From NCBI GenBank assembly GCA_038227045.1, contig JBBRQD010000009.1:14112-78111 (forward strand): DNA of 64,000 nt. Direction: 5' to 3'. Both the position numbers and the translations under genes were made by a program. Of the stretch, positions 16,066 through 24,586 are shown piece after piece (positions within the stretch are counted from its first letter, which is position 1; every line of letters begins with the position of its first letter). The stretch is from Planctomycetota bacterium (GTDB taxonomy: Bacteria; Planctomycetota; SZUA-567; H5-PLA8). Under the pieces are notes generated by a model. The model worked only from the letters and a program-made list of their open reading frames with translations, was not told the origin of the DNA and did no database searches.

Positions 16066-16920
16066 TTACTGCCCCGTCTTCCGCGCTCGTTTAGCCACAT
16101 ACATAGCCCGATCGGCCTCTTCCCACGCGTGATGCAGATCCCGCGCGGGATCGCGCATTGCGGTTCCGATGGAGGCGCCGATTCCGCGTTTTTTCAAGCG
16201 CTCTTCAATCGCCTTCAGCAGCCGTTTTTCGATATCGGCGTGGCATTCGACCGCCAAAATTCCGAACTCGTCGCCGCCCAAACGCGCCACGAAATCCGTG
16301 CCCCGGCACGCGCGGCTCAGCTCGTCCGCCGTGTCTTTGATCAGCGCGTCTCCCTGCGCATGGCCTGCCGTATCGTTCAGCGCTTTTAAGCCGTCCAGAT
16401 CGATTGAGATGATGCACGCCGATTGGCCAAAGCGGCGGCAGCGCGACTCTTCGGTCACCATGCGCTCGTCCCACGCGCGGCGGTTTCCGACGCCGGTCAA
16501 CGGATCGGTCATGGCCTGCATCTGGGTGAAGACCGCGCGCTTGTAAATGAAGTTGGTCTCGCGGTTCATGTGCCGCAGGCGCTCGGCCATGACCTGCATG
16601 ACCTCGAGGGCAAACCCCGGCGTTTCGACGATCATGGTTTGAAAGCGCGCGCTGTCGATGGAGACCAGTTCGCAGTCGGTCAAGGCCGTCGCGGTGGCGC
16701 TGCGCGGCGCTTGGTCGACCAGCGTCATCTCGCCCAGGATTTCCCCCGTTTGAAAGGCCCCGATGATCAGGTCGTCCGTTTTCAATTCCACCACGCCAGA
16801 CTTGATCACAAACATGTGCTGGCCTTCGTCGCCCTGGCGAAAGATAACGTCTCGCGCTTTGAAAACGAGACAGGTGTCCGTGGTCCGGAGCAAGCCAAGG
16901 CTGTTGGATGTGTGGGCCAT
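16066..16920 (-). CDS. cyclic-nucleotide-binding domain / GGDEF diguanylate cyclase
   Basis: The N-terminal cNMP-binding fold shows FRQGDEGQHMFVIKSGVVEL...GEILGEM. The C-terminal part shows RLGGDEFGIL. GAGGGA lies upstream of the ATG. Confidence 0.9.
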   Translation of the reverse strand: MAHTSNSLGLLRTTDTCLVFKARDVIFRQGDEGQHMFVIKSGVVELKTDDLIIGAFQTGEILGEMTLVDQAPRSATATALTDCELVSIDSARFQTMIVETPGFALEVMQVMAERLRHMNRETNFIYKRAVFTQMQAMTDPLTGVGNRRAWDERMVTEESRCRRFGQSACIISIDLDGLKALNDTAGHAQGDALIKDTADELSRACRGTDFVARLGGDEFGILAVECHADIEKRLLKAIEERLKKRGIGASIGTAMRDPARDLHHAWEEADRAMYVAKRARKTGQ

Positions 16921-16973
16921 CTCAATTCCCTCTAAAAACCGGAATGACGGAGGCGAGCACGCCCCTTAACCGA

Positions 16974-17840
16974 TCACTGTTTTCTCGACGACACCACCGC
17001 GAACGCCGGTCCGTGCGGGTGTTTTGCGTCTTCGAAACTAATGCGCGGGTTTCGGAATCCGAAGAATTCGAGGCATTTCAAAATGTCGCCGCGCGTCATC
17101 CACTGGCTGTGCGGCGCGCTTCCCCCGCAGAATGTCGAATTGCCCAGCGAGGTGAGATATTCCTGGCGATACAGCGTGTGCCGGAAACCCGCGTGTTCCG
17201 CCTCCTTCGAACTCGAAAACTTGACCGCCAAGGCGCGATTTCCGGCAATCGTCTCTTCGTCATAATAATGCGTCCACACATACACATGTTCCGTGCAGCG
17301 CGCGGCCAAAAGCGCGATGACTTCCGCCGGATTTTGCATATGATACAGGACGCCGCTCGCCACACCAATCTCGAATTGGGGGCCGTCCTGCCGCAAATAC
17401 TCGACAAAATCGCCGCACCGAAAATGCACGCGCTGCAACTTAAGCAGATCTTTGACGACAAGGCATTTCATGAACGCGCGCGAGTTCGCTTCAATGGCGA
17501 CAATCTCTTTGGCCCCGCTTTGGGAAAACATGTAGGAATGCCCGCCTTCAAGCGGACCGAGTTCCAACACCGTTTTTCCCGCCACGCCGCCGATTTCGGT
17601 CAAGAACCGCGCGATGGAATTGTCCGCAAACAATGTAATCCCGCCGGCCTTCAGCCCGGAGAAGGGTTCCGGCAACTGCGATACCCATTCGCCGCTGAAG
17701 ATGTCCAGAGCGTTCTGCGCTGAGGGCGCCGTTTTGACGTAACTGTCCAGGATGCGGGATTTGTCCGGTGTCATCTGCCAGCGCAATTTCGCGCGTGAAA
17801 GGGAGTTGCGACATTTCCGAAGTACGTCGCGCATGGCCAT
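16974..17840 (-). CDS. class I SAM-dependent methyltransferase
   Basis: GKTVLELGPLEGGHS is motif I. The protein is 288 aa. Confidence 0.82.
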   Translation of the reverse strand: MAMRDVLRKCRNSLSRAKLRWQMTPDKSRILDSYVKTAPSAQNALDIFSGEWVSQLPEPFSGLKAGGITLFADNSIARFLTEIGGVAGKTVLELGPLEGGHSYMFSQSGAKEIVAIEANSRAFMKCLVVKDLLKLQRVHFRCGDFVEYLRQDGPQFEIGVASGVLYHMQNPAEVIALLAARCTEHVYVWTHYYDEETIAGNRALAVKFSSSKEAEHAGFRHTLYRQEYLTSLGNSTFCGGSAPHSQWMTRGDILKCLEFFGFRNPRISFEDAKHPHGPAFAVVSSRKQ

Positions 17841-17979
17841 CTTCTTTGCCTCTTAAACGTGGAAACGGTGGAATTCAATGTCAGTGCACTCGATTTTTTA
17901 TGTATGCTCCGTCGTTGAACTCTCTAATGCGCGCGGGCAAGCACTCGGAGTTGTTTCTGCAATTTGCTTCGAATTCGCT

Positions 17980-18198
17980 TTAAACCGCCTGCATACGGTT
18001 CGCATAGTCTTCTCCAGAGGTCGGTGAGGGTAAACTCTTTCCATCTTGCTTATAAAGTTCGATCGTTTCGTCGGCGAAAACAGATTGCTGGGACTGGCCA
18101 TGGCAGCCGCCATAAAACAGCCCCGGGCAGCTTCCCACAAAACACTGATCTTCGTCGGACCATTCAACTATTTTTACACAGCGGACATTGTCTTTCAT
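17980..18198 (-). CDS. HicB-like antitoxin domain protein (no adjacent HicA)
   Basis: IVEWSDEDQCFVGSCPGLFYGGCHGQSQQSVFADETIELYKQDGKSLPSP matches the HicB_lk pattern (W..ED..F.g..Pgl...CHG). Confidence 0.6.
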   Translation of the reverse strand: MKDNVRCVKIVEWSDEDQCFVGSCPGLFYGGCHGQSQQSVFADETIELYKQDGKSLPSPTSGEDYANRMQAV

Positions 18199-18281
18199 CG
18201 TCAGCTTGTCCTGACAGAGTCGAAGTTATTCTTACCCCTATAAAAAGACAATACCCAATATACGAAGAAATAGCAATGGCC

Positions 18282-19697
18282 TCACTTATCCGGCCCATTA
18301 TACGGTACCCGATCGAACACATCCGTCCACCCCGCCGCCCGCGGATCGCCTGTTCCCGCTTGCCAGCGTTCCAGCCTTGCAATCAGCGCGCGTTTCGTCG
18401 CGGCGTGCTCGGGCAGTTCCGCGACGTTGACCAGTTGATTCGGGTCTTTCGCCAGATCGTAGAGTTCTTCCGCCGGGCGCTTTTCGCAGGCGAGCTTGAA
18501 GAATTTTGGGATGATGTGTTTTTCGTCGTCGCCGGAAAGTACCACGTCTTTGCTCGGCCCGCCGTCGATATCGCCGAAGGGTCCGACGGATTTCCAGCGC
18601 TGCGGATCGCCCGCGGGCCAGCGTTCGGGCGTGAGATTTCGGATGTACAAAAATTCCCTCGTGCGAATTGCGCGGCAGGGATAGCCCAAGTCTCCGGCGC
18701 GCACATTCGCATGTCGTTCGCGTTCGAGGTATACGACATCGCGGCCTTCGTGCTCGTCTTTTAGCAGAATGTTGAGCAAACTGCGTCCGGTCATGTCGGC
18801 GAGCGGCTGAAGGCCCGCCGCTTCCAGGAACGTGGGCGCGAGATCCGTCGAGTGCGTGAATTCGTCGCTGACGCGCCCGCCCTTTATTTTCTCGGGCCAG
18901 CGAATCGCCAGCGGCATGCGCGTGCCGGAGTCGTACAGATTCGCCTTGCCGCGCGGGAACGGCATGCCATTGTCGCTGGTGATCACGACGATCGTGTTCT
19001 TCGCTCGGCCCGACGCGTCGAGCAGTTTCAAACAATCGCCAACTTCGCGGTCGAAGCGCATCAAGCGCACGTAATAGTCGAGGATGTCGCCGCGTACTTC
19101 GGGCGTGTCGGGCAGAAACGCGGGAACTTCGACGTCTTCGATTTTCATCCCGGATTTAACGCCTTCGCCTTTTTCATACGGCCGGTGAGGATCGCGGCTG
19201 CCGAACCAGAAACAGAATGGTTTGCCGCCAGGAACTGTTTTCAAAAAGTCGTCAAACGTCTTGAAGTCCGGGCCGGCAGGATTGCGCGTGCGCTCGCCGT
19301 TCTGCCCCGGACCCCAGCCTTTGCGCGTGAAGCCAACGGTGTAGCCCGCGTCTTCGAGCACATCCGGATACGTCTTGAATTTAACGGGCAGCGTGCTCCA
19401 CAGGTCCGCGCCGCTCTCCAATCGATGCACCGCCTGCCCCGTCAGAATTGCTCCGCGTGAAGGCGTGCACGAAGGCGATGCACAGAACGCATGTGTAAAA
19501 CGGACGCCCTCGCTCGCAACCTGATCGAAATTCGGAGTCTTGCAGACCTTGTCGCCGTTGGCTGTGAAACTTCGAAAGGACGCGTCGTCCGCGATGCAAA
19601 ATAGGATGTTGGGACGCTCGTCGGCCGCGCGGCTGGCGAGACAAAGCAGCAGAAGTGTTGACAGAAATGCAATCGGAACGAATCGGGACGCTCGCAT
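18282..19697 (-). CDS. sulfatase (formylglycine-dependent arylsulfatase family)
   Basis: It has a signal peptide, NILFCIADD, and the active-site motif SPSCTPSRGAILTGQ (C-x-P-x-R). GGAGG lies upstream. Confidence 0.92.
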   Translation of the reverse strand: MRASRFVPIAFLSTLLLLCLASRAADERPNILFCIADDASFRSFTANGDKVCKTPNFDQVASEGVRFTHAFCASPSCTPSRGAILTGQAVHRLESGADLWSTLPVKFKTYPDVLEDAGYTVGFTRKGWGPGQNGERTRNPAGPDFKTFDDFLKTVPGGKPFCFWFGSRDPHRPYEKGEGVKSGMKIEDVEVPAFLPDTPEVRGDILDYYVRLMRFDREVGDCLKLLDASGRAKNTIVVITSDNGMPFPRGKANLYDSGTRMPLAIRWPEKIKGGRVSDEFTHSTDLAPTFLEAAGLQPLADMTGRSLLNILLKDEHEGRDVVYLERERHANVRAGDLGYPCRAIRTREFLYIRNLTPERWPAGDPQRWKSVGPFGDIDGGPSKDVVLSGDDEKHIIPKFFKLACEKRPAEELYDLAKDPNQLVNVAELPEHAATKRALIARLERWQAGTGDPRAAGWTDVFDRVPYNGPDK

Positions 19698-19793
19698 GAA
19701 ATCGATCCTCCATATAACACTATTGTTTCTTGAAATTGCATAAACCAGCGGCCATTGAATTGTTCAAACGATGCCATATAATTATCGTCGCTG

Positions 19794-19827
19794 TTCTTTA
19801 CGCCTTTGCGCCTTTGCGAGAGAAAAA
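19794..19827 (+). repeat. CTTTGCG-type array ending GAGAGAAAAA (family F1)
   Basis: ttctttacgcctttgcgcctttgcgagagaaaaa lies 20 nt upstream of the nuoA promoter. Confidence 0.7.
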
Positions 19828-19846
19828 TGAAGTTCGCGCGAATTCG

Positions 19847-19874
19847 TTGACACTCGAATGGCTCACGCTATAAA
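19847..19874 (+). promoter_or_regulatory. sigma70-like promoter upstream of nuoA
   Basis: TTGACA (19847..19852), a 16-nt spacer, then TATAAA (19869..19874). It lies about 75 nt upstream of ATG 19949. Confidence 0.55.
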
Positions 19875-19948
19875 GAGAACGCGAATTTAAGGAAAATGTA
19901 GGCAGCGGCTGCGGATTGTTTTTCGCGCGGCGTGATTTGGAGGAAGCG

Positions 19949-20503
19949 ATGCATCCAGATTTGGAAATTGCGCAGTATGGCGCGGCCGGGCTGCTGCTCG
20001 TCTTGGCGCTGGCCTTGACAGGCGGGCTGATGTTTCTGTCGCATTTAGTCAGCGTCAGCAACCCCACCAAAGAAAAACAGATGTCCTACGAGTGCGGCGA
20101 AGACCCCGTCGGCACTGCGTGGCTCCGCTTCAATATTCGCTTTTACGTCGTGGCGCTGGTCTTCGTGCTGTTCGATGTCGAAATGGCGCTGATCTATCCC
20201 ATTGCCGCGATCTTTAAAAACATTACCAGCGATCCCAAAAATTGGATCGGCGCGGTGGCGGTCTTTTCGGAAGTCGCTTTTTTTCTGGCGGTGCTGTTCC
20301 TGGGATTGGTTTATATCTGGGCGAAAGGCGATTTGGGCTGGATCCGGACGTTCAAGCGATCAACGGACCAAGGTTTGCGTTCATGGAAATTGGGCAAGGC
20401 CACGCAGGCGCCGATGATTCCGATCGCGCCATACGATAAGCGTCACGCGGACGTGGAGTCGGCGAACGCCTCCAAAACAGTTCCAGAAGCGAAAGGAATT
20501 TAA
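19949..20503 (+). CDS. nuoA: NADH-quinone oxidoreductase subunit A, with C-terminal extension
   Basis: KQMSYECGEDPVG...FDVEMALIYP. The start is set at ATG 19949, behind GGAGGA. The protein is 184 aa, against the usual 120-145 aa. Confidence 0.9.
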   Translation: MHPDLEIAQYGAAGLLLVLALALTGGLMFLSHLVSVSNPTKEKQMSYECGEDPVGTAWLRFNIRFYVVALVFVLFDVEMALIYPIAAIFKNITSDPKNWIGAVAVFSEVAFFLAVLFLGLVYIWAKGDLGWIRTFKRSTDQGLRSWKLGKATQAPMIPIAPYDKRHADVESANASKTVPEAKGI

Positions 20504-20506
20504 ATT

Positions 20507-21046
20507 ATGGGAGTGATGAGCAACCGCTTTGAGGCGGACAACATCGTCATGACCAACGTGGATACTCTGCTGAATCTGGGCAAGGAGCATTCCATTTGGT
20601 ACCTGCTTTTCGCAACGGCCTGTTGCGGAATCGAGTTGATGCAGACCGGTGCCAGCAAGTTCGATGTCGATCGCTTCGGCATGATTCCGCGCACGACGCC
20701 GCGCCAGGCGGATTTGATGATCGTCGCCGGGACGATCACGCACAAGATGGCCAGCCGCGTCAAGCGGCTCTACGAACAAATGCCCAACCCGAAGTGGGTC
20801 TTGTCGATGGGCTCCTGCGCCAACGCGGGTGGCCCGTTCTGCAAGTTCAGTTACTCGGTGTTGAAAGGCATTGACAAATATATTCCAGTGGACGTCTACG
20901 TCCCCGGCTGTCCGCCGCGTCCGGAAGCGCTGATCGAAGGAGTCTTTAAACTCCGCGAAAAGATCAAGCTCGAGCATGTGCTGCGAAAAGAAGGCAGAGC
21001 GCTGCCCAAGCGCGAGCCGATTATTATCGCGGATCACGCGGCATAG
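20507..21046 (+). CDS. nuoB: NADH-quinone oxidoreductase subunit B
   Basis: FATACCGIE, GSCANAGGPF and VPGCPPRPEAL are the N2 cluster ligand motifs. Confidence 0.95.
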   Translation: MGVMSNRFEADNIVMTNVDTLLNLGKEHSIWYLLFATACCGIELMQTGASKFDVDRFGMIPRTTPRQADLMIVAGTITHKMASRVKRLYEQMPNPKWVLSMGSCANAGGPFCKFSYSVLKGIDKYIPVDVYVPGCPPRPEALIEGVFKLREKIKLEHVLRKEGRALPKREPIIIADHAA

Positions 21047-21088
21047 GAAAGTGGCAGGAAAACGAGATGGGTGTTCGGCTTATCAGAA

Positions 21089-21123
21089 GCGAAATGGCCT
21101 TGCTGTTAAGGCCATTTCGTTTG
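21089..21123 (+). terminator. terminator-like hairpin directly after nuoB
   Basis: gcgaaatggcctt-gctgtt-aaggccatttcg(t) forms a 12-13-bp stem followed by TTTGG. In unit 2 only the 5' arm is kept, and a different hairpin replaces the rest. Confidence 0.45.
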
Positions 21124-21190
21124 GCGGAATGAAACAAACTATTGAACAATCGGAATAGTCAACGTGAAATGGCGCGCCACAGGAGCTTTT

Positions 21191-22795
21191 ATGCAAAAAA
21201 ATTCGACATCATTGAAGTGTTTATGCCAGATTCTCTTGTTGGGTCTGGCAGTGTTGGGATCGCAACTCAGAGCTGCGGACGCCAAAAAGACCACGCCGCG
21301 AGGTGGCACTACCGACGACGCCCAGTTTACATTTCCGAATTTCATCGACGTCTCGGCCTGTGCGGGGTTCTCGCTGCAATGGGTTTCGCAGGGGCTACAA
21401 GTGGACCATGCGACTGGTAACTTCAATACAACGTGGTCGCCGACTGAGCCTAATGTGTTGAATTGTTCGGGGCATTTGGACGCGACGACGCTTACCGCGA
21501 CTTTGAAATGCCCGTCCGGCACGGGCCCGGTGGGAACCATTACTGCGACGGGAAGCAACAATGTTTATACCGGAACGTATACACTTGGCGCAGCTACTGG
21601 TCCCGTCAATATCGTGTTGACTCCAGGCGGCGGTGGCGAAGGTTCGAACAATAAAAAAGAAACCTTGAATGCCACGTTGACGCCCAATCCGGCAAAGGTA
21701 GGCGATACGGTTGTTTTCAAAGGAATACTCACCCCCGACCAAGGGCATGTGGTGACGGCTGCCGATATGGGAACGCTTTCGTTTGGCGACGGTTCTCCTG
21801 ACGTAACGCTGAACGGACTGCAATTCATTCCTCAATTTAAGGAACCCGGTTTCAGCCATGTGTATCAAAGCGAGGGTGTTTTTGATATTCATCTTCATTT
21901 GTTCAACACGTCGAACCCGCTCGACTCGGGAGCCGATTTCGATTTCTTTGAAGTGGTGGGTTCGGCCCCGGTGGCGGTCAACGGCGCGACAGGGGTGAAC
22001 GTGACGTCGAGTGTCAGCGGCGGGGGTGCGGTCGGACTGCAAATTCACGCTCAGTTATTGAGCGGGGCGGCCGACGCCACGACATCCTTTGAAGATGCCG
22101 GAGGTAATCCGGTTCCGCCGGCGGGCGGGACTCTGCAAGGGTTCACGGTTGGACAGACGGTCGCCGGGTCCGGATTAGTAGTGGGTTCAACGAATGTGTT
22201 GGATGCCGTCGGAACGACCATTGGACAAATTCGAAAAACGGTGGGTGTCTCGGATACTCTCGCGGGTGTTCCGAACGGACTGGCGAATCCGGCCAGTACG
22301 GCGTTGAGCGTTAAGAGCCTAAAGGGAAAATTCACGTTCAATCAGTCGAAATCGGATGACGTGGCCTTCAGCGCTCAATTCATGTTGCCGCCGGGTTTCA
22401 GTTTCGCGCGATCCGGAGCCAACGAGATGCAGTTCAGCATGGGTAACGTGGTCGACACCGTGCAGCTCGACACGAAAGGCAATTTAAAGTCGGCGAGCCG
22501 GGGCCGGATCACGAAATTGAGTGTCAAGATTCCAAAGCTCGCGCAGGGTGTGGCGGTGGGCGGAGAGCCAGCCAAGCTGACCGCGCAATTCAGCGCCACA
22601 GGCATGACGGGTTCCGGCTTCAACACCGAGGGCATAACATCCCAGCGTGGAACCAATGAAACGGGCAAGGTCTTGACGCGTTTTATTCAAGTCAACATGC
22701 TCTTCGCCGGTGTGGCATACGAAGTTTTGGCACCGGTCAACTATGTGATTTCGCCGGACAGCTCTTTTGGTTCGATCGCAGGCAGGCACCAATAG
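21191..22795 (+). CDS. secreted PKD-like-domain protein, paralog 1 (inserted in nuo operon)
   Basis: ATG 21191 lies 5 nt after AGGAG. The signal peptide is MQKNSTSLKCLCQILLLGLAVLGSQLRAADA. The PKD-like segment reads LTPNPAKVGDTVVFKG...FGDGSP...HVYQSEGVFDIHLHL. Confidence 0.85.
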   Translation: MQKNSTSLKCLCQILLLGLAVLGSQLRAADAKKTTPRGGTTDDAQFTFPNFIDVSACAGFSLQWVSQGLQVDHATGNFNTTWSPTEPNVLNCSGHLDATTLTATLKCPSGTGPVGTITATGSNNVYTGTYTLGAATGPVNIVLTPGGGGEGSNNKKETLNATLTPNPAKVGDTVVFKGILTPDQGHVVTAADMGTLSFGDGSPDVTLNGLQFIPQFKEPGFSHVYQSEGVFDIHLHLFNTSNPLDSGADFDFFEVVGSAPVAVNGATGVNVTSSVSGGGAVGLQIHAQLLSGAADATTSFEDAGGNPVPPAGGTLQGFTVGQTVAGSGLVVGSTNVLDAVGTTIGQIRKTVGVSDTLAGVPNGLANPASTALSVKSLKGKFTFNQSKSDDVAFSAQFMLPPGFSFARSGANEMQFSMGNVVDTVQLDTKGNLKSASRGRITKLSVKIPKLAQGVAVGGEPAKLTAQFSATGMTGSGFNTEGITSQRGTNETGKVLTRFIQVNMLFAGVAYEVLAPVNYVISPDSSFGSIAGRHQ

Positions 22796-22803
22796 GAACG
22801 GAC

Positions 22804-22834
22804 ATGGAATTCGACAACATCGCAAATATCGTCA
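22804..22834 (+). pseudogene. duplicated 5' fragment of nuoC (first 10 codons, MEFDNIANIV)
   Basis: It is a 31-nt exact copy of the nuoC start. It continues into unrelated sequence as a 57-codon ORF that ends at 22974. Confidence 0.65.
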
Positions 22835-22896
22835 TGGCAAAGAAAGTGGGATGGGCCTCTGGCCCATCAAAAAGCGAAATGGCCTTGCCTCTGTTC

Positions 22897-22921
22897 ACCC
22901 CTCCCCCCTTGGGGAGAGGGG
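22897..22921. repeat. CCCCTC..GGGGAGAGGGG palindromic hairpin (family F7)
   Basis: cccctccccccttggggagagggg. Related copies lie at 46097..46120 and 46232..46253. Confidence 0.6.
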
Positions 22922-22970
22922 AACTGAACGTATTGAAAAATCGGAATGCAATAGTGTCCCAGGAGCTCCT

Positions 22971-24578
22971 ATGAAACAGCGTTCGACAACAACACAGTTT
23001 TTTTGTCGGATATTCCTGCTTTGCCTGGCCGCGTTAGGATCGCAACTCGTCGCTGCGGATGCCAAAAAGACTGCACCGCGAGGGAACGGATCCACCGACA
23101 GCGCCCAGTTTACATTTCCGAGTTTCATCGACGTCTCGGCCTGTGCGGGGTTCTCGTTGCAATGGAGTTCGCAGGGTCTCCAGGTGGACCATGCGACCGG
23201 CGACTTCAATACAACGTGGTCTCCGACCGAGCCTAATGTGTTGAATTGTTCGGGGCACTTGGACGCGACGACGCTTACCGCGACTTTGAAATGCCCATCT
23301 GGCACGGGCCCGGTCGGAACCATTAATGCGACGGGAAGCAACAATGTTTATACCGGAACTTACACACTCGGCGCGGCGACGGGTCCTGTCAATATCGTGT
23401 TGACTCCAGGCGGTGGTGGGGGTGGCGGCGGCGGTGGCCATCCGACCGTGACTGCCGCGTTGACGCCCAATCCGGCAAATGTGGGGGATACAGTTGTTTT
23501 TAAAGGGACGATCACCCCGCCGCAAGGCAATGTGATTACGTCCACGGCCATGGGAACGGTGACATTCGGCGATGGTTCTCCCGCAGTCACTTTGGAAGCG
23601 CTGCAATTCATTGCGCAATTCAAACAAACCGGTTTCGAACACGTGTACCAAAGCGCAGGTGTGTTCAACGTGCACCTTTATTTGTTTGACACAACGGACC
23701 CGCCCGGTCAGGGAGATAATATCGATTACTTTGAAGTGGTGGGTAACGCCCCGGCGGCGGTGAACGGTGCAAACGGATTGAACGTGACGGCGAGCGTCAG
23801 CGGCGGCGGAGCGGTCGGGCTGCAAATCCACGCACAGTTATTGGCCGGAGCAGCCGATGCCACCACATCCTTTGAAGATGCCGGAGGCAATCCGGTTCCG
23901 CCAGCGGGCGGGACTCTGCAAGGGTTCACGGTTGGACAGACGGTCGCAGGATCCGGATTAGTAGTGGGATCAACGAATGTGCTGGATGCCACGAGCACGA
24001 CCATCGGACAAATTCGCAAGACCGTGGGCATTTCAGACATGCTCGCGGGCGTTCCGAACGGACTGGCGAATCCGGCCAGCACGGCGTTGAGCGTCAAGAG
24101 CCTCAAAGGAAAATTTACCTTTAATCAGTCGAAATCGGACATTGTGTCTTTCAGCGCTCAATTCATGTTGCCGCCGGGTTTCAGTTTCGCGCGATCCGGA
24201 GCCAACGAGATGCAGTTCAGCATGGGCAACGTGGTCGACACCGTGCAGCTCGACACGAAAGGCAATTTAAAGTCGGCGAGCCGGGGCCGGATCACGAAAT
24301 TGAGTGTCAAGATTCCGAAGCTTCCGCAGGGCGTGGCGGTGGGCGGAGAGCCAGCCAAACTGACCGCGCAATTCAGCGCCACAGGCATGACGGGTTCCGG
24401 CTTCAACACCGAGGGCATTACGTCCCTGCGTGGAACCAATGAAACGGGCAAGGTCTTGACGCGTTTTATTCAAGTCAACATGCTCTTCGCCGGCGTGGCA
24501 TACGAAGTTTTGGCACCGGTCAACTATGTGATTTCGCCGGACAGCTCGTTTGGTTCAATCGCAGGCAGGCATCAATAG
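22971..24578 (+). CDS. secreted PKD-like-domain protein, paralog 2
   Basis: ATG 22971 lies 5 nt after AGGAG. The signal peptide is MKQRSTTTQFFCRIFLLCLAALGSQLVAADA. The protein is collinear with paralog 1. The track ORF start at 22767 is an artefact that reads through the duplication junction. Confidence 0.85.
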   Translation: MKQRSTTTQFFCRIFLLCLAALGSQLVAADAKKTAPRGNGSTDSAQFTFPSFIDVSACAGFSLQWSSQGLQVDHATGDFNTTWSPTEPNVLNCSGHLDATTLTATLKCPSGTGPVGTINATGSNNVYTGTYTLGAATGPVNIVLTPGGGGGGGGGGHPTVTAALTPNPANVGDTVVFKGTITPPQGNVITSTAMGTVTFGDGSPAVTLEALQFIAQFKQTGFEHVYQSAGVFNVHLYLFDTTDPPGQGDNIDYFEVVGNAPAAVNGANGLNVTASVSGGGAVGLQIHAQLLAGAADATTSFEDAGGNPVPPAGGTLQGFTVGQTVAGSGLVVGSTNVLDATSTTIGQIRKTVGISDMLAGVPNGLANPASTALSVKSLKGKFTFNQSKSDIVSFSAQFMLPPGFSFARSGANEMQFSMGNVVDTVQLDTKGNLKSASRGRITKLSVKIPKLPQGVAVGGEPAKLTAQFSATGMTGSGFNTEGITSLRGTNETGKVLTRFIQVNMLFAGVAYEVLAPVNYVISPDSSFGSIAGRHQ

Positions 24579-24586
24579 GAACGGAC

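Noticed and set aside
22767-22970. N-terminal 68 aa of the 603-aa track ORF for paralog 2
   Set aside because: This stretch reads through the duplication junction, the nuoC fragment and the F7 hairpin. AGGAG plus ATG at 22971 gives a signal peptide collinear with paralog 1.
21637-23800. Diversity-generating retroelement as the cause of the variable PKD-like segment
   Set aside because: The window has no reverse transcriptase gene and no template-repeat copy. The substitutions are not restricted to adenine-templated positions as far as I can see.
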